Positions 11,601 through 21,273 of a DNA stretch of 64,000 nucleotides are shown here, piece by piece. The number at the start of each line of letters is the position of its first letter. Position 1 is the stretch's first letter. Both the position numbers and the translations under genes were made by a program. This stretch comes from Gammaproteobacteria bacterium (GTDB taxonomy: Bacteria > Pseudomonadota > Gammaproteobacteria > Steroidobacterales > Foliamicaceae): positions 72,550 through 136,549 of the forward strand of contig VYBN01000033.1 of NCBI GenBank assembly GCA_009844425.1. The letters are read 5' to 3'. A model generated the notes under the pieces. The model searched no databases. It was not told where the DNA came from and saw only the letters and a program-made list of their open reading frames with translations.

Positions 11601-11837
11601 CCAGGAGGGAGTGTGGTGGTGATCTGGCGCAACACGATTGATTGGGACGAAGCTGATCTGAAGCGTGACCGGGAGTTTGTGACGGCTAATGGCATCACCG
11701 ACGGCGCCGACACGATTTACGTCAACGGCATGTCCAGCATTCTCGGCGGCAAACCTATAGAGCCGCTATTCAAGGCGAGGATGTTCGCCGGTGTTTCGTA
11801 CCCAAGCAGGCCCGCCAATGCCAACGCGAACGACTAG
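8685..11837 (+). CDS. mod: Type III restriction-modification methyltransferase (Mod), large form, beta-class N6-adenine MTase
   Basis: Catalytic VHIDPPYNT precedes SAM-binding DHFAGSGTTAHA; ADLDFGIYRIMN N-terminus; SYEDALD; overlaps res gene. Confidence 0.92.
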   Translation: MKGDQRRPIQKFQNLLRELFQFDCADLDFGIYRIMNHKRDVVERFISTTLPEAVDKELGAGTLARQAEANAALQEARRQLLESLGANALDTYGDVVSAMADTPVAKEYLSAKARAGASRSRRALETDVYNHLYAFFNRYYHDGDFISKRRYSRNHRYAIPYNGEEVHLHWANSDQYYIKTDEHFHSYQWKSPIGVTVHFQVVAADVEQSNVKGERRFFVPKWADAKWESESRMLAVPFNYRPLTAKEQADYGQRNQQEGIIAASADQFPKHIKDLDALAALTSERSRKADGEPLTYLEHHLRRYTRRNDSDFFIHKNLQAFLSRELDFYLKNEVLNIENLDLAGEQGSEGWFQLIRLIKAIGDQIIVFLAQIEGFQKMLWEKRKFITETNYCVAVRCIPDEFYAEIAANDEQWAEWLSLSVLDGESAYLAHPGTAVGERIECLKQRGTFMLDTAHFSEPFTDHLLASIDDLDEATDGLLVHGDNWQAPRLLQGRYKGAVQCVHIDPPYNTDTSGFLYKNSYQHSSWLAMMHDRVAAGIAVMDPGGAFVCHIDENENERLHGLFSHMGIPDGGTIVWDKKNPMLGRKQIATQHEYVLWRTWNQSSVLMRSANVRRILDKAASCIRSKGGVNERSRKEFRTWLGRQNDLSGGERAYEHIDDDGRVFQSVAMGAPEPREDRKFHIPLVHPKTNRPCPVPPSGWSRAPETMRKLADKNQIIFGKDESVQPRLKLFLSEETKRQMPSVIRDSGRGKGDLDKLGLVFPYCHPVSLYEELIGAAAARTDACVMDHFAGSGTTAHAIVNLNRADGGRRKFILVEVGEQFDVVLLPRVKKVAFSSVWNKAKPEEMTANDEVQSSPRIIKYMRLESYEDALDSIEFDQRAGELGLEDRIEGYLLNYMLKWETKDSETLLNPSKLTAPFDYRLRVHANGDTVERRVDVADTFNYLLGLKVRTRRVYTDGDRRYLVYRGETRERPGGSVVVIWRNTIDWDEADLKRDREFVTANGITDGADTIYVNGMSSILGGKPIEPLFKARMFAGVSYPSRPANANAND

Positions 11838-14800
11838 GAGAGACAGCGGGGCGGGCCAGGCTATCGCGCTTGAGCAGCGCCTGATGCTGCTCGCATGGCT
11901 GCACCAGCGGCTTGGCTATAAGAACACGCGAGAGTTGCTTGCGGATCTCGCTCAGGTCGACGAGGGTTTCGACGCCGATGGGCGCAGTCACGCGCTTGCG
12001 AGGCTCGTCTCAAGGTCGGGGCAGTTCCGCGGTATCAACGCTGACGAGCTGAAAGGCTACGACCAGAACATACGCATTTCGCTTGCCGCAATGAACGAGG
12101 CGCGGGCGGAACCCATCACGCTACGTTACTTCCAATATCTTGCTGCCTTGTACGCCGAGATCTATCTCGACCACCGCTGGAACCGCACCGGCGCTTTCCT
12201 CGATTCCCTGAACGAGTCGGTGCGTGAACGTAACCTGGGCCGCCGGCCGTCCGAGCCGACGTTCCATGAATTCGGCGAAGCGGACCTCGACAAACTCGCA
12301 TTCTGGATGGCCACCGGAAGCGGCAAAACTCTGTTGCTTCATCTGAACTACCAACAGTTTCTGTGCTACAACAGCAAACCGCTCGACAACATAATCCTGA
12401 TCACGCCCAACGAGGGATTGAGCGAACAGCATCTGGCGGAGATGGCGGCTTCCAACATCCCATGCCGTCGATTCGAGTTGGACGGCCGACCGGCGATCGA
12501 CGCGCATACAGTGCAGGTCACCGAAATCACCAAGCTCGTCATGGAAAAGCGCGGGGAGGGACAGAGCGTTCCCGTGGAAGCCTTTGAAGGCAACAATCTG
12601 ATCTTCGTGGACGAAGGCCACAAGGGCTCGGGTGGCGAAGCGTGGCGCCAGGTGCGCGACGCCATCGGCGCGACCGGTTTCACATTCGAGTACAGCGCAA
12701 CATTCGGTCAGGCCCTCACGGCGGCGCGCAACGACGCTCTGACGGCGGAGTACGGCAAGGCGATTGTGTTCGACTACTCCTACCGCCACTTCTACAAAGA
12801 CGGGCACGGCAAGGACTTCAATATCCTCAACCTGCTTCAGGATCCCGGCGACCACACCGACATGCTGCTGCTCGCCAACCTGCTGGCCTTCCACGAGCAG
12901 CAAGCGGTGTTCCGCGACGAGGTCGCGGAGATGCGGCATTACAACATAGAGCAGCCGCTTTGGACACTCGTGGGCGCCAGCGTCAACGCGGTCTATTCGG
13001 AGAATAGGCGCAAACGCAGCGACGTGCTGATCGCCATTCGGCTTCTTCACCGATTCCTCAGCGACCGGGCATGGGCCGTCGCTGCCATCGGTCAGCTTCT
13101 GACTGGCAATTCCGGGCTCAGGGGCGTGCACGGAGATTTGCTCGAAGGCAAGTTCGACTACCTGACGAAGGATCCGGCGGCGATCTACGAAGACATCCTG
13201 GCCTGCACGCTGCATTCCGCCAACGCAGGAGGCTTGCTGCTGTGCGATATCAAGGACGCTGACGGGGAACTTGGCCTAAAGGTTGCTGGCTCCCAAAGCT
13301 ATTTCGGGGTGATTTACATCGGCGATACTGCGGCGTTCAAGAAGCTCGTTATTGCGGACGGCTCGGGTATAGCGGTGGAGGTCGATGCGATATCCGGGTC
13401 GCTCTTCGAGGACATCAATCGACCGGGCACGACCATTGAAATCCTCATCGGCGCCCGGAAGTTCATGGAAGGCTGGAATTCCTGGCGCGTTTCGAATATG
13501 GGGCTGCTGAATATCGGACGCAGCGAAGGCGCGCAGATCATCCAGCTATTCGGGCGGGGCGTGCGGCTTCGCGGCCTGGACATGACGCTCAAGCGAAGCG
13601 CCGCGCTGCGCGGCGCCCATCCGGCCCACATCAGGAAGCTGGAGACACTCAATATCTTCGCACTGCGCGCCAACTACATGACAAAGTTTCGTGAGTATCT
13701 AGAGCGCGAGGGCATGACGACTGAAGAGTCACTGGAATTGCACCTGCCCATCCGTGTCAATGACAATTGGCTAAGTAAGGATCTCGTGGTTCCACGGCTG
13801 GACGACGGAAGGGACTACAAATCTGAGAAGGTGTCGATTCTTGAGACCAATGGCGCCGGCATCCGGGTCAGCCTGGAAGTGGCGGGCCGGGCGCAGGCGA
13901 TCACGAGTGGTGATGACATAAGCGCTTCGGAGGCCACATCCGGCAAAGGGGGACGGCTCCCTGCGGAAGCTCTCGATCTTGTGGACTGGAACGCTGCCTA
14001 TTTGGAATTGGTCAGCCACACAACCGGACGCGGCTTCGACAACCTGGCCATTGAGCCGCGAAGGCTGCGCGGGATCATGGAGAACCCAACGGCGTACGAT
14101 TTGTTCGCGGACGAGCGCCTTACCAGCCCGTCAAAGCTAAGGGATATTGAGGACCTGCAGCACGCGGTCGTCACCATCCTGCGCAAATACGCCGACCGTC
14201 AGCATCTCAGTCTCCAAGCACGGTGGGAGTCCGGCCATATGCGTTACCGGACGCTGGATGAAGCGGACCCCAACCTGCAATTCAACCTTGAGGTAGGCGA
14301 GCCGAGGCCGAAGTACATCGTCCACACAACCCAAGGCCAAGCGGAGATGGTGGAGGAAATTCAACGGCTTGCTGAATCGGATGCCCTGTACTATTCGGAC
14401 AAGGGCCCTCCGCTCCGCATCCACTTCGACCGCCACCTGTACCAGCCGCTGCTGATCGAGCAGGCAGGAGGGGCAACAGGCGATATCAGGACATTCCCTC
14501 CCAGTCTGCACGATAGCGAACGCACATTCGTCGAGGACCTGCGGGACTATTGGGCCGAGAGACAAAGGTCGTCCACGGAAAAAACCGAGGTATTCCTCCT
14601 CCGCAACCTGTCGAAAGGCCGTGGAGTGGGCTTCTTCGATGAGTCCGGCTTCTACCCGGACTTCATTCTCTGGTTCAAGGCCGGAAGCGATCAGCGAATT
14701 GTCTTCATAGAACCCCACGGCATGGTGCATGCTGGCGCCTACGACAAGGACTACAAGGCCCGGCTGCACGAGCGGCTTCCCGCCTTGGCCCAAGCGATGA

Positions 14801-14991
14801 CGCTCCCCCCGAACGTCTCCAGCGTCACGCTCGATTCCTTCATCGTCTCCGCCACGCCCTATGAAGACCTACGGACCCGCTACGATGACGGGTCCTGGAG
14901 TCGGCAACGATTTGCGGAGAAGCACATTTTGTTTCAGGAGGATCGGGGCGCAACGGGCTACGACTACATCGAGGCGATATTCAGGGTTTGA
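11818..14991 (+). CDS. res: Type III restriction enzyme Res subunit (SF2 helicase + PD-(D/E)xK-type nuclease)
   Basis: FWMATGSGKT (Walker A), VDEGHKG, EYSATF, KFMEGWNSWRVS, IIQLFGRGVRL, C-terminal FYPDFILW..FIEPHG. Confidence 0.92.
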   Translation: MPTRTTRRDSGAGQAIALEQRLMLLAWLHQRLGYKNTRELLADLAQVDEGFDADGRSHALARLVSRSGQFRGINADELKGYDQNIRISLAAMNEARAEPITLRYFQYLAALYAEIYLDHRWNRTGAFLDSLNESVRERNLGRRPSEPTFHEFGEADLDKLAFWMATGSGKTLLLHLNYQQFLCYNSKPLDNIILITPNEGLSEQHLAEMAASNIPCRRFELDGRPAIDAHTVQVTEITKLVMEKRGEGQSVPVEAFEGNNLIFVDEGHKGSGGEAWRQVRDAIGATGFTFEYSATFGQALTAARNDALTAEYGKAIVFDYSYRHFYKDGHGKDFNILNLLQDPGDHTDMLLLANLLAFHEQQAVFRDEVAEMRHYNIEQPLWTLVGASVNAVYSENRRKRSDVLIAIRLLHRFLSDRAWAVAAIGQLLTGNSGLRGVHGDLLEGKFDYLTKDPAAIYEDILACTLHSANAGGLLLCDIKDADGELGLKVAGSQSYFGVIYIGDTAAFKKLVIADGSGIAVEVDAISGSLFEDINRPGTTIEILIGARKFMEGWNSWRVSNMGLLNIGRSEGAQIIQLFGRGVRLRGLDMTLKRSAALRGAHPAHIRKLETLNIFALRANYMTKFREYLEREGMTTEESLELHLPIRVNDNWLSKDLVVPRLDDGRDYKSEKVSILETNGAGIRVSLEVAGRAQAITSGDDISASEATSGKGGRLPAEALDLVDWNAAYLELVSHTTGRGFDNLAIEPRRLRGIMENPTAYDLFADERLTSPSKLRDIEDLQHAVVTILRKYADRQHLSLQARWESGHMRYRTLDEADPNLQFNLEVGEPRPKYIVHTTQGQAEMVEEIQRLAESDALYYSDKGPPLRIHFDRHLYQPLLIEQAGGATGDIRTFPPSLHDSERTFVEDLRDYWAERQRSSTEKTEVFLLRNLSKGRGVGFFDESGFYPDFILWFKAGSDQRIVFIEPHGMVHAGAYDKDYKARLHERLPALAQAMTLPPNVSSVTLDSFIVSATPYEDLRTRYDDGSWSRQRFAEKHILFQEDRGATGYDYIEAIFRV

Positions 14992-15010
14992 GGGCTGGAA
15001 GCCCTCGTTT
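14990..15010 (+). terminator. Possible intrinsic terminator after res
   Basis: GAGGGCT-GGA-AGCCCTC followed by GTTT (short U-tract). Confidence 0.45.
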
Positions 15011-15077
15011 CAGTGAATCTATTGCGGGGGAGTGCGGTGCGTATAATGAGCCGCCGCCCTGAAAGATTCTACGCCCG

Positions 15078-16277
15078 ATGCCCAAGACCTCTCTTTTTAC
15101 TTCCGAGTCGGTTTCCGGCGGCCATCCGGACAAGCTGGCGGACCAGGTTTCCGACGCCGTGCTCGACTCCATCCTTTCGCGGGATGAGGACGCGCGCGTG
15201 GCGGCGGAGGTGCTGATCAAGACCGGCTTCGTGCTCGTCGCCGGCGAGATCACCACATCGACCTGGGTGGACCTCGAATCGCTGGTTCGGAGACTGATCA
15301 AGGATGTCGGCTACACCAACTCGGAACTGGGCTTCGATGGCGCGACCTGCGGAGTCCTGAACGCGATCGGGAAGCAGTCTCCGGATATCCGCAGAGGCGT
15401 GAACGCCGGCGAGGGCAAGCCGCTGGGCGCCGGCGATCAGGGAATGATGTTCGGCTATGCCTGCAGGGAAACGCCCACCCTCATGCCGGCGCCGATCGAC
15501 CTGGCGCACCGGCTCATGCGCAGGCATGCCGAATTGCGCGCCTCGGGCGAACTGGACTGGCTGCGGCCCGACGGCAAGTCGCAGGTCACGGTGCGCTACG
15601 AAGACTACAGGCCGGTGGCCGTTACCGATGTCGTTCTGTCCACCCAGCATGCGCCGGATGTCTGGCCGGACGACTACGCGCGCGGCGTTTGTCCGCCGGA
15701 TTTCAGGGAAGCGATCATCGAGCAGCTGATCAAGCCGGTGCTGGGCCCCGAGTGGCTGGCGGGCCCGATCAACTACCTGATCAATCCCGCCGGACGGTTT
15801 GTCGAAGGCGGACCGCAAGCGGACTGTGGTCTGACCGGGCGCAAGATCATTGTCGATACCTACGGAGGAATGGCCCGGCACGGCGGCGGCGCGTTCTCCG
15901 GCAAGGACCCGTCCAAGGTGGACCGGTCGGCCGCCTACGCAGTCCGGCACGTGGCGAAGAATGTCGTCGCGGCCGGCTTGGCGGAGCGCTGCGAAGTGCA
16001 GGTCTGTTACGCGATCGGCGAGCCGGAGCCGGTGGCGGTCGATGTCGAGAGCTTCGGCACCGCGACGGTCAGCGACGAACGCCTCAAGGCGCTGGTGCGG
16101 GCCCATTTCGACTTGTCGGTCGAGGGCATTATCCGGGACCTGAATCTGAAACGCATGTCGTACCGCCCGGCCGCCGCCTTCGGCCATTTCGGCAGGGAGG
16201 ACTGCGGGTTCAGTTGGGAAGAAACCGGCCGGGCTGCGCAGCTCGCCGCCGACGCCCGCGCGGCGAAGGTCGCCTGA
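15078..16277 (+). CDS. metK: S-adenosylmethionine synthetase
   Basis: [75 protein letters not shown]. Confidence 0.98.
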   Translation: MPKTSLFTSESVSGGHPDKLADQVSDAVLDSILSRDEDARVAAEVLIKTGFVLVAGEITTSTWVDLESLVRRLIKDVGYTNSELGFDGATCGVLNAIGKQSPDIRRGVNAGEGKPLGAGDQGMMFGYACRETPTLMPAPIDLAHRLMRRHAELRASGELDWLRPDGKSQVTVRYEDYRPVAVTDVVLSTQHAPDVWPDDYARGVCPPDFREAIIEQLIKPVLGPEWLAGPINYLINPAGRFVEGGPQADCGLTGRKIIVDTYGGMARHGGGAFSGKDPSKVDRSAAYAVRHVAKNVVAAGLAERCEVQVCYAIGEPEPVAVDVESFGTATVSDERLKALVRAHFDLSVEGIIRDLNLKRMSYRPAAAFGHFGREDCGFSWEETGRAAQLAADARAAKVA

Positions 16278-16278
16278 T

Positions 16279-17589
16279 ATGCCTGAATCCGCGATTGTAA
16301 AGATTCACGAGGACTTTGAAGTCGCCGACCTGTCGCTGGCCGGCTTCGGCGAGCGCGAAATTGCCATCGCCCGCAGCGAAATGCCCGGGCTGATGGCGCT
16401 GAGGGCTGAATATGGCAACCGGCAGCCGCTTGACGGCGCGCGGATTGCCGGCTGCCTGCACATGACGGTGCAGACCGCCGTATTGATCGAAACGCTGCTG
16501 GAACTGGGCGCGGAGGTGCGCTGGTCGTCGTGTAACCGGCTGTCCACCCAGGACCACGCCGCCGCCGCCATGGCGCGCCGGGGCGTGCCGGTGTTTGCCT
16601 GGAAGGGCGAAACGGAAGAGGAATACATCGCCTGTATCGCCCGCACCATCAACGGCCCCGGCGGCTGGGTCCCCAACCTCCTGCTGGACGACGGCGGCGA
16701 CCTGACCCGTATCGCCCACGAGGAGCATCCCAAGCTCGCCGCCGAGCTGCTGGGACTCAGCGAGGAGACCACGACGGGCGTTCATCAACTCTACCGTATG
16801 CATGAGCAGGGCACGCTGCGCTGCCCGGCCATGGATGTGAACGCCTCGGTGACCAAGTCCAAGTTCGACAACCTGTACGGCTGCCGCGAATCGCTGGTTG
16901 ATGGCATCAAGCGGGCCACCGACGTGATGGTGGCGGGCAAGATTGCGGTGGTGTGCGGTTACGGCGACGTGGGCAAAGGCTGCGCCCAATCGCTCAAGGG
17001 CCTGGGGGCGCAGGTGTGGATCACCGAAATCGATCCGATCTGCGCCTTGCAGGCGGCGATGGAAGGCTATCCGGTGGTCACGATGGACGAGGCCTGCGGG
17101 CAGGCCGGCATCTTCGTCACCGCGACCGGCAACAGGAGCGTCATCACCTACGACCACATGGCGCGCATGAAGGACCAGGCCATACTCTGCAACATCGGCC
17201 ATTTCGACGTGGAGATCGACGTCGCAAGCCTGAAGGACTGCGAGTGGGAGGAAATCAAGCCGCAGGTGGATCACGTGATCTTTCCGGACGGCAAGCGGCT
17301 GATCCTGCTGGCCCGCGGCCGGCTGGTGAACCTGAGTTGCGCCACCGGGCACCCCAGTTTCGTCATGTCCACCAGCTTCACCAACCAGGTCCTTGCCCAG
17401 ATCGAACTGCTCACGCGCAGGGACTACGAAAACCGCGTCTATACGCTGCCGCGCCGGCTCGACGAGAAAGTCGCGCGCCTGCACCTTCCCAAGCTGGGCG
17501 CCTCGCTCAGCCGTCTTACCCCGGAGCAGGCCGAGTATCTCGGCATCCCGGAGACCGGTCCGTTCAAGCCCGACCGGTACCGCTACTAG
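16279..17589 (+). CDS. ahcY: Adenosylhomocysteinase (SAH hydrolase)
   Basis: [78 protein letters not shown]. Confidence 0.98.
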   Translation: MPESAIVKIHEDFEVADLSLAGFGEREIAIARSEMPGLMALRAEYGNRQPLDGARIAGCLHMTVQTAVLIETLLELGAEVRWSSCNRLSTQDHAAAAMARRGVPVFAWKGETEEEYIACIARTINGPGGWVPNLLLDDGGDLTRIAHEEHPKLAAELLGLSEETTTGVHQLYRMHEQGTLRCPAMDVNASVTKSKFDNLYGCRESLVDGIKRATDVMVAGKIAVVCGYGDVGKGCAQSLKGLGAQVWITEIDPICALQAAMEGYPVVTMDEACGQAGIFVTATGNRSVITYDHMARMKDQAILCNIGHFDVEIDVASLKDCEWEEIKPQVDHVIFPDGKRLILLARGRLVNLSCATGHPSFVMSTSFTNQVLAQIELLTRRDYENRVYTLPRRLDEKVARLHLPKLGASLSRLTPEQAEYLGIPETGPFKPDRYRY

Positions 17590-17643
17590 GCCCGGGTTCT
17601 CCGCTATCACAGGGCAGCCCGTCGCCCATCGAGGACTTCCAGC

Positions 17644-19107
17644 ATGTCGGTATTCAATTCCTTAAGAGAATATGCACAGGCCATGGAGCGGCAGGGCAAG
17701 CTGCTGCGCATCCCGGACATGGACCAGGACCAGTTCGAGATGACGGCTTTCTCCTATCGCCTGGAGGACCGGATGCGCACCTCGGCCCCGGCTTTCCTGG
17801 TGGAACGCACGAAGATGAACGGCCGCTGGTACGACACGCCCGTCATCTGCAACGTGCTCAACAGTTTCAAGACGGTCGCGATGTGCCTGGGAGTGGAGGA
17901 CCTCAGCGACGACGAGCGTGAAATGAACCAGGTGGTGGAGCGGGAACTGCTCAAGCACATGAACGAGGACTACCGTTTCGAGCAGATTCCTCCCGTGGAA
18001 GTGGACGGGGCGGCCGCTCCGTGCAAGGAAGTCAAGCTGTTCGGCGACGACGCCGACCTCGACCGGTTTCCCTGGATCATGAACAATCCTGCCGACGGGG
18101 GCCGGTTCATCAGTACCGGTTCGGTGATCATGGAGGACCCCGAGATCGGCCGCAACGTGGGCACCTACCGCCTGCAGGTCAAGGGCCCGCAGAAGCTGGG
18201 CATCTGCTTTACCGGCCAGAACCACGGCGCCCAGATGATGCGCAAGGCCATCGCGCAGGGCAAGAAGAGCGTGCCCTGCGTCGTGGCCACGGGCCTGGAC
18301 CCGATCACCTGGATGATGAGCAGCACCCGCGTCGGCGAGCTGGGTGACGACGAATTCGCGTTTTCCGGCGGGTTCCGTGGCGAGCCGGTGGAACTGGTCC
18401 GGGCCGAAACGAACGCGCTGATGGCGCCGGCGCACGCCGAGATCGTCATCGAGGGGGAAATCAGCACCGACAAGGAGATGGAGGGTCCGTACGGCGAGAT
18501 GTTGGGCTACATCGGAGAACCGGCGCCGAACCACTTCATGACGGTCAAGGCCATCACCCACCGCGAGAAGCCCTGGGTCTACAACATCTGGCCGGGAATC
18601 GGCGGCGCCTATCTCACCTGGCCCTGGCAGGTCGGGCATTTCGCGCGGCTGAAGCGGATCATGCCCAACCTCGTGAAGCTGCACATGCCGCCCGAAATTC
18701 CCAGCATGGTGATCGCTTGCATCAACAAGCGCCTGCCGGGCGAGGGAATCGAGGCCGGGCTCCTGATCATGGGCTACCGGATGATCGGGTTCAGCAAGAA
18801 GATGATCATCATTCTTGACAAGGACGTGGACCCCACCGACATCACGCGCGTCCTGCACGCGGTAACCACGCGCTGGCAGCCCTGGCCGGCCAGCCTGACA
18901 GTACGGCAGACCTTCTCGTTCATGATCGACCCCAGCACCCAGCGAAACGCGCTGTCGAGCAAGATACTGATCGACGCGACGCGGCAACTGCCGGCCGAAG
19001 GCGGCCCCAACGTGTTCGCCGAGGACAACCGCACGGTCATGGAAGAACGCGCCGCGGACTCCTTCAAGCTGGTCGACGAGCGCTGGGACGAATACTTCGG
19101 CGGCTGA
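17644..19107 (+). CDS. UbiD-family (prFMN-dependent) decarboxylase, divergent; substrate unknown
   Basis: DGGRFIS, RNVGTYRLQV, EIVIEGEI, EGPYGEMLGY, IIILDKDVDP, KILIDATR. Confidence 0.85.
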   Translation: MSVFNSLREYAQAMERQGKLLRIPDMDQDQFEMTAFSYRLEDRMRTSAPAFLVERTKMNGRWYDTPVICNVLNSFKTVAMCLGVEDLSDDEREMNQVVERELLKHMNEDYRFEQIPPVEVDGAAAPCKEVKLFGDDADLDRFPWIMNNPADGGRFISTGSVIMEDPEIGRNVGTYRLQVKGPQKLGICFTGQNHGAQMMRKAIAQGKKSVPCVVATGLDPITWMMSSTRVGELGDDEFAFSGGFRGEPVELVRAETNALMAPAHAEIVIEGEISTDKEMEGPYGEMLGYIGEPAPNHFMTVKAITHREKPWVYNIWPGIGGAYLTWPWQVGHFARLKRIMPNLVKLHMPPEIPSMVIACINKRLPGEGIEAGLLIMGYRMIGFSKKMIIILDKDVDPTDITRVLHAVTTRWQPWPASLTVRQTFSFMIDPSTQRNALSSKILIDATRQLPAEGGPNVFAEDNRTVMEERAADSFKLVDERWDEYFGG

Positions 19108-19138
19108 TGTCGGAAAGGGCCGTGAGGAGGAGCCGGGG

Positions 19139-20470
19139 ATGAGGTATTTCGGCACCGATGGCGTGCGCGGCACGGTGGGTCAGCATCCCATGACCGCCGA
19201 GTTCGCATTGCGCCTGGCCGGCGCCGCCACCCGCGCCCTGCTGCCCCGCGGCGGCAAGGTGGTGATCGGCAAGGATACGCGGGTTTCCGGCTACATGTTC
19301 GAATCGGCGCTGGAGGCGGGGTTCGTCGCCGCCGGCGCCGACGTTCGCCTGTCCGGCCCCCTGCCGACGCCCGGCGTGGCCCTGCTGACCCGGGAGCTGG
19401 AGGCCGATCTTGGAGTCGTCATCAGCGCTTCGCACAATGCCTACGGCGATAACGGAATCAAGTTTTTCAAGCATGACGGCTTCAAGCTGGCGGCCGGGGA
19501 AGAGGCACGCATCGAAAGCCATATCGAGGACGCCGCGGTGACGCTGGATTCCACCGCGCTGGGCCAGGTGCGTAGGGTAGACGATGCGCTGGAGCGCTAC
19601 GAGCAGCACTGCCTGGGTACGGTGCCCGGGGACATGTCGCTGGAGGGCGTCAAGATCGTCGTGGACTGCGCGCACGGCGCTTCCTACCGGGTGGCCCCGT
19701 CGACGCTGACGGCGCTCGGCGCCGAACTCGTTCCGCTGGGCTGTTCTCCGAACGGCCGCAACATCAACGACCGCTGCGGCGCCACCGATCCCGACCTGCT
19801 GCGGCGCACCGTCAAGGCGGTCGAGGCCGATGTGGGAATCGCCCTGGACGGCGACGGAGACCGCGTCATCATGGTCGATTCCGCGGGCGCGACCCTGAAC
19901 GGCGATACGCTGTTGCTGGTTCTCGCCCTGGCGCGCAAGGTAGCCGGCCGGCTGGCCGGTCCGGTTGTCGGAACCCAGATCAGCAGCATGGCGCTGGAAC
20001 GGGCCCTGCAGGCGGAAGGAATCGCTTTCTGCCGCGCCGAAGTGGGCGACCGTCAGGTGGTCGCAATGCTTCGCGAGAAGGGCGGGGTCCTGGGCGGGGA
20101 AAGCTCCGGGCATATTCTGTGCCTGGACAAGTCCACCACCGGCGACGGGCTGCTCGTGGCCCTGGAAGTGCTGTCCGTGATGCAGGCGAGAAACTGTTCG
20201 CTGGCGGAACTGGCCGAGGACATGCCGCATACGGAACAGGCGAACCTGAGCGTGCCCTCGAACGGCGACGGCAGCCTGGGAGACCCCGCTGTCGAAAAGG
20301 CCTTGCGCGCGGCCCGCCGGTTGCTCGGCCGGGAAGGCCGCATCGTGGTGCGGCCTTCGGGCACCGAGCCCGTGTTCCGGATCATGGCGGAGGGCCCCGA
20401 CCGCACAAGCGTGCACAGGGCCGCCGAAGGCGTGGCCCAGGCGCTTAACCCCGGCCGGCCGGCCACCTGA
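19139..20470 (+). CDS. glmM: Phosphoglucosamine mutase
   Basis: YFGTDGVRG, IGKDTRVSGYMFESAL, VISASHN, DGDGDRV, GGESSGH, VRPSGTEP. Confidence 0.96.
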   Translation: MRYFGTDGVRGTVGQHPMTAEFALRLAGAATRALLPRGGKVVIGKDTRVSGYMFESALEAGFVAAGADVRLSGPLPTPGVALLTRELEADLGVVISASHNAYGDNGIKFFKHDGFKLAAGEEARIESHIEDAAVTLDSTALGQVRRVDDALERYEQHCLGTVPGDMSLEGVKIVVDCAHGASYRVAPSTLTALGAELVPLGCSPNGRNINDRCGATDPDLLRRTVKAVEADVGIALDGDGDRVIMVDSAGATLNGDTLLLVLALARKVAGRLAGPVVGTQISSMALERALQAEGIAFCRAEVGDRQVVAMLREKGGVLGGESSGHILCLDKSTTGDGLLVALEVLSVMQARNCSLAELAEDMPHTEQANLSVPSNGDGSLGDPAVEKALRAARRLLGREGRIVVRPSGTEPVFRIMAEGPDRTSVHRAAEGVAQALNPGRPAT

Positions 20471-20481
20471 GGCGACACAGC

Positions 20482-21261
20482 ATGACCGATCGGCGCCGGA
20501 TCGTGGCCGGCAACTGGAAGATGCACGGCAGCCTTTACTCGGCAAGTGAACTGGCCGGGGCGCTGGCCGGCACGACGCATGAACCCGGCCGCGGCCTTCC
20601 GGAAGTGATCGTGTTTCCGCCGTTCCCGCACCTGGACGCCGTGCGCCGGGTTCTGGAAGAAGCGGAGTCGGCGGAAACCCTCGCCGTTCAACTCGGGGCG
20701 CAGGACCTGTCGATCCATGAACAGGGCGCACGCACCGGCGAAGTGTCGGCGGACATGCTGTTGGACTGCGGCTGCAGCCACGTACTCGCCGGGCACTCGG
20801 AAAGACGCACCGGCTTGCGCGAAAGCGACGAACTGGTGGCGAGGAAATTTCACAAGGCGGCGGATCACGGGCTGATTCCGGTGCTGTGCGTGGGAGAAAC
20901 GCTTCCCGAACGCAGTGCGGAACGCACCGCGGAGGTCGTGCTGCGGCAACTCGGGGCGGTATTGGAACTGTGCGGCGGCAGTATGTTCGAGCGCGCGGTC
21001 CTGGCCTATGAACCCGTCTGGGCCATCGGCACCGGCCACACCGCAACACCGGAGCAGGCCCAGCAGGTACATGCCCTGCTGCGCGGCGAAATCGCTCGCA
21101 CCAATGCTAAAATTGCCGCTGGCCTTCGCATTCTGTACGGGGGCAGCGTGAACGGCGCCAACGCGGCCGCGCTTTTTGCCCAGCCGGACATTGACGGCGG
21201 CCTGGTGGGCGGCGCTTCCCTGGATGCGAAGGAGTTTTTGCGGATCGTCACGGCGGTATAG
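20482..21261 (+). CDS. tpiA: Triosephosphate isomerase
   Basis: VAGNWKMHG, GHSERR, AYEPVWAIGTG, LYGGSV, GGLVGGASL. Confidence 0.98.
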   Translation: MTDRRRIVAGNWKMHGSLYSASELAGALAGTTHEPGRGLPEVIVFPPFPHLDAVRRVLEEAESAETLAVQLGAQDLSIHEQGARTGEVSADMLLDCGCSHVLAGHSERRTGLRESDELVARKFHKAADHGLIPVLCVGETLPERSAERTAEVVLRQLGAVLELCGGSMFERAVLAYEPVWAIGTGHTATPEQAQQVHALLRGEIARTNAKIAAGLRILYGGSVNGANAAALFAQPDIDGGLVGGASLDAKEFLRIVTAV

Positions 21262-21273
21262 CGGAGTAGGGTT

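Larger units (their letters stand above)
5161..15010. mobile_element. Accessory/defence island (TA modules, DUF222-HNH, Type III RM) between rsmI and metK
   Basis: Cluster of typical accessory genes, visibly lower GC than flanks, AT-rich intergenic spacers, a gene remnant; no integrase/transposase or att repeat found, so boundaries are approximate. Confidence 0.6.

Noticed and set aside
8685..11837. Phase-variable mod (phasevarion)
   Set aside because: No simple-sequence repeat tract seen in or upstream of mod
5161..15010. Prophage, IS or integron origin of the island
   Set aside because: No integrase, transposase, phage genes, terminal inverted repeats or convincing attC sites were found by eye
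14992..15077. SAM or SAH riboswitch upstream of metK/ahcY
   Set aside because: Only ~30 nt between the TATAAT box and metK ATG, no recognisable aptamer; ahcY starts 1 bp after the metK stop
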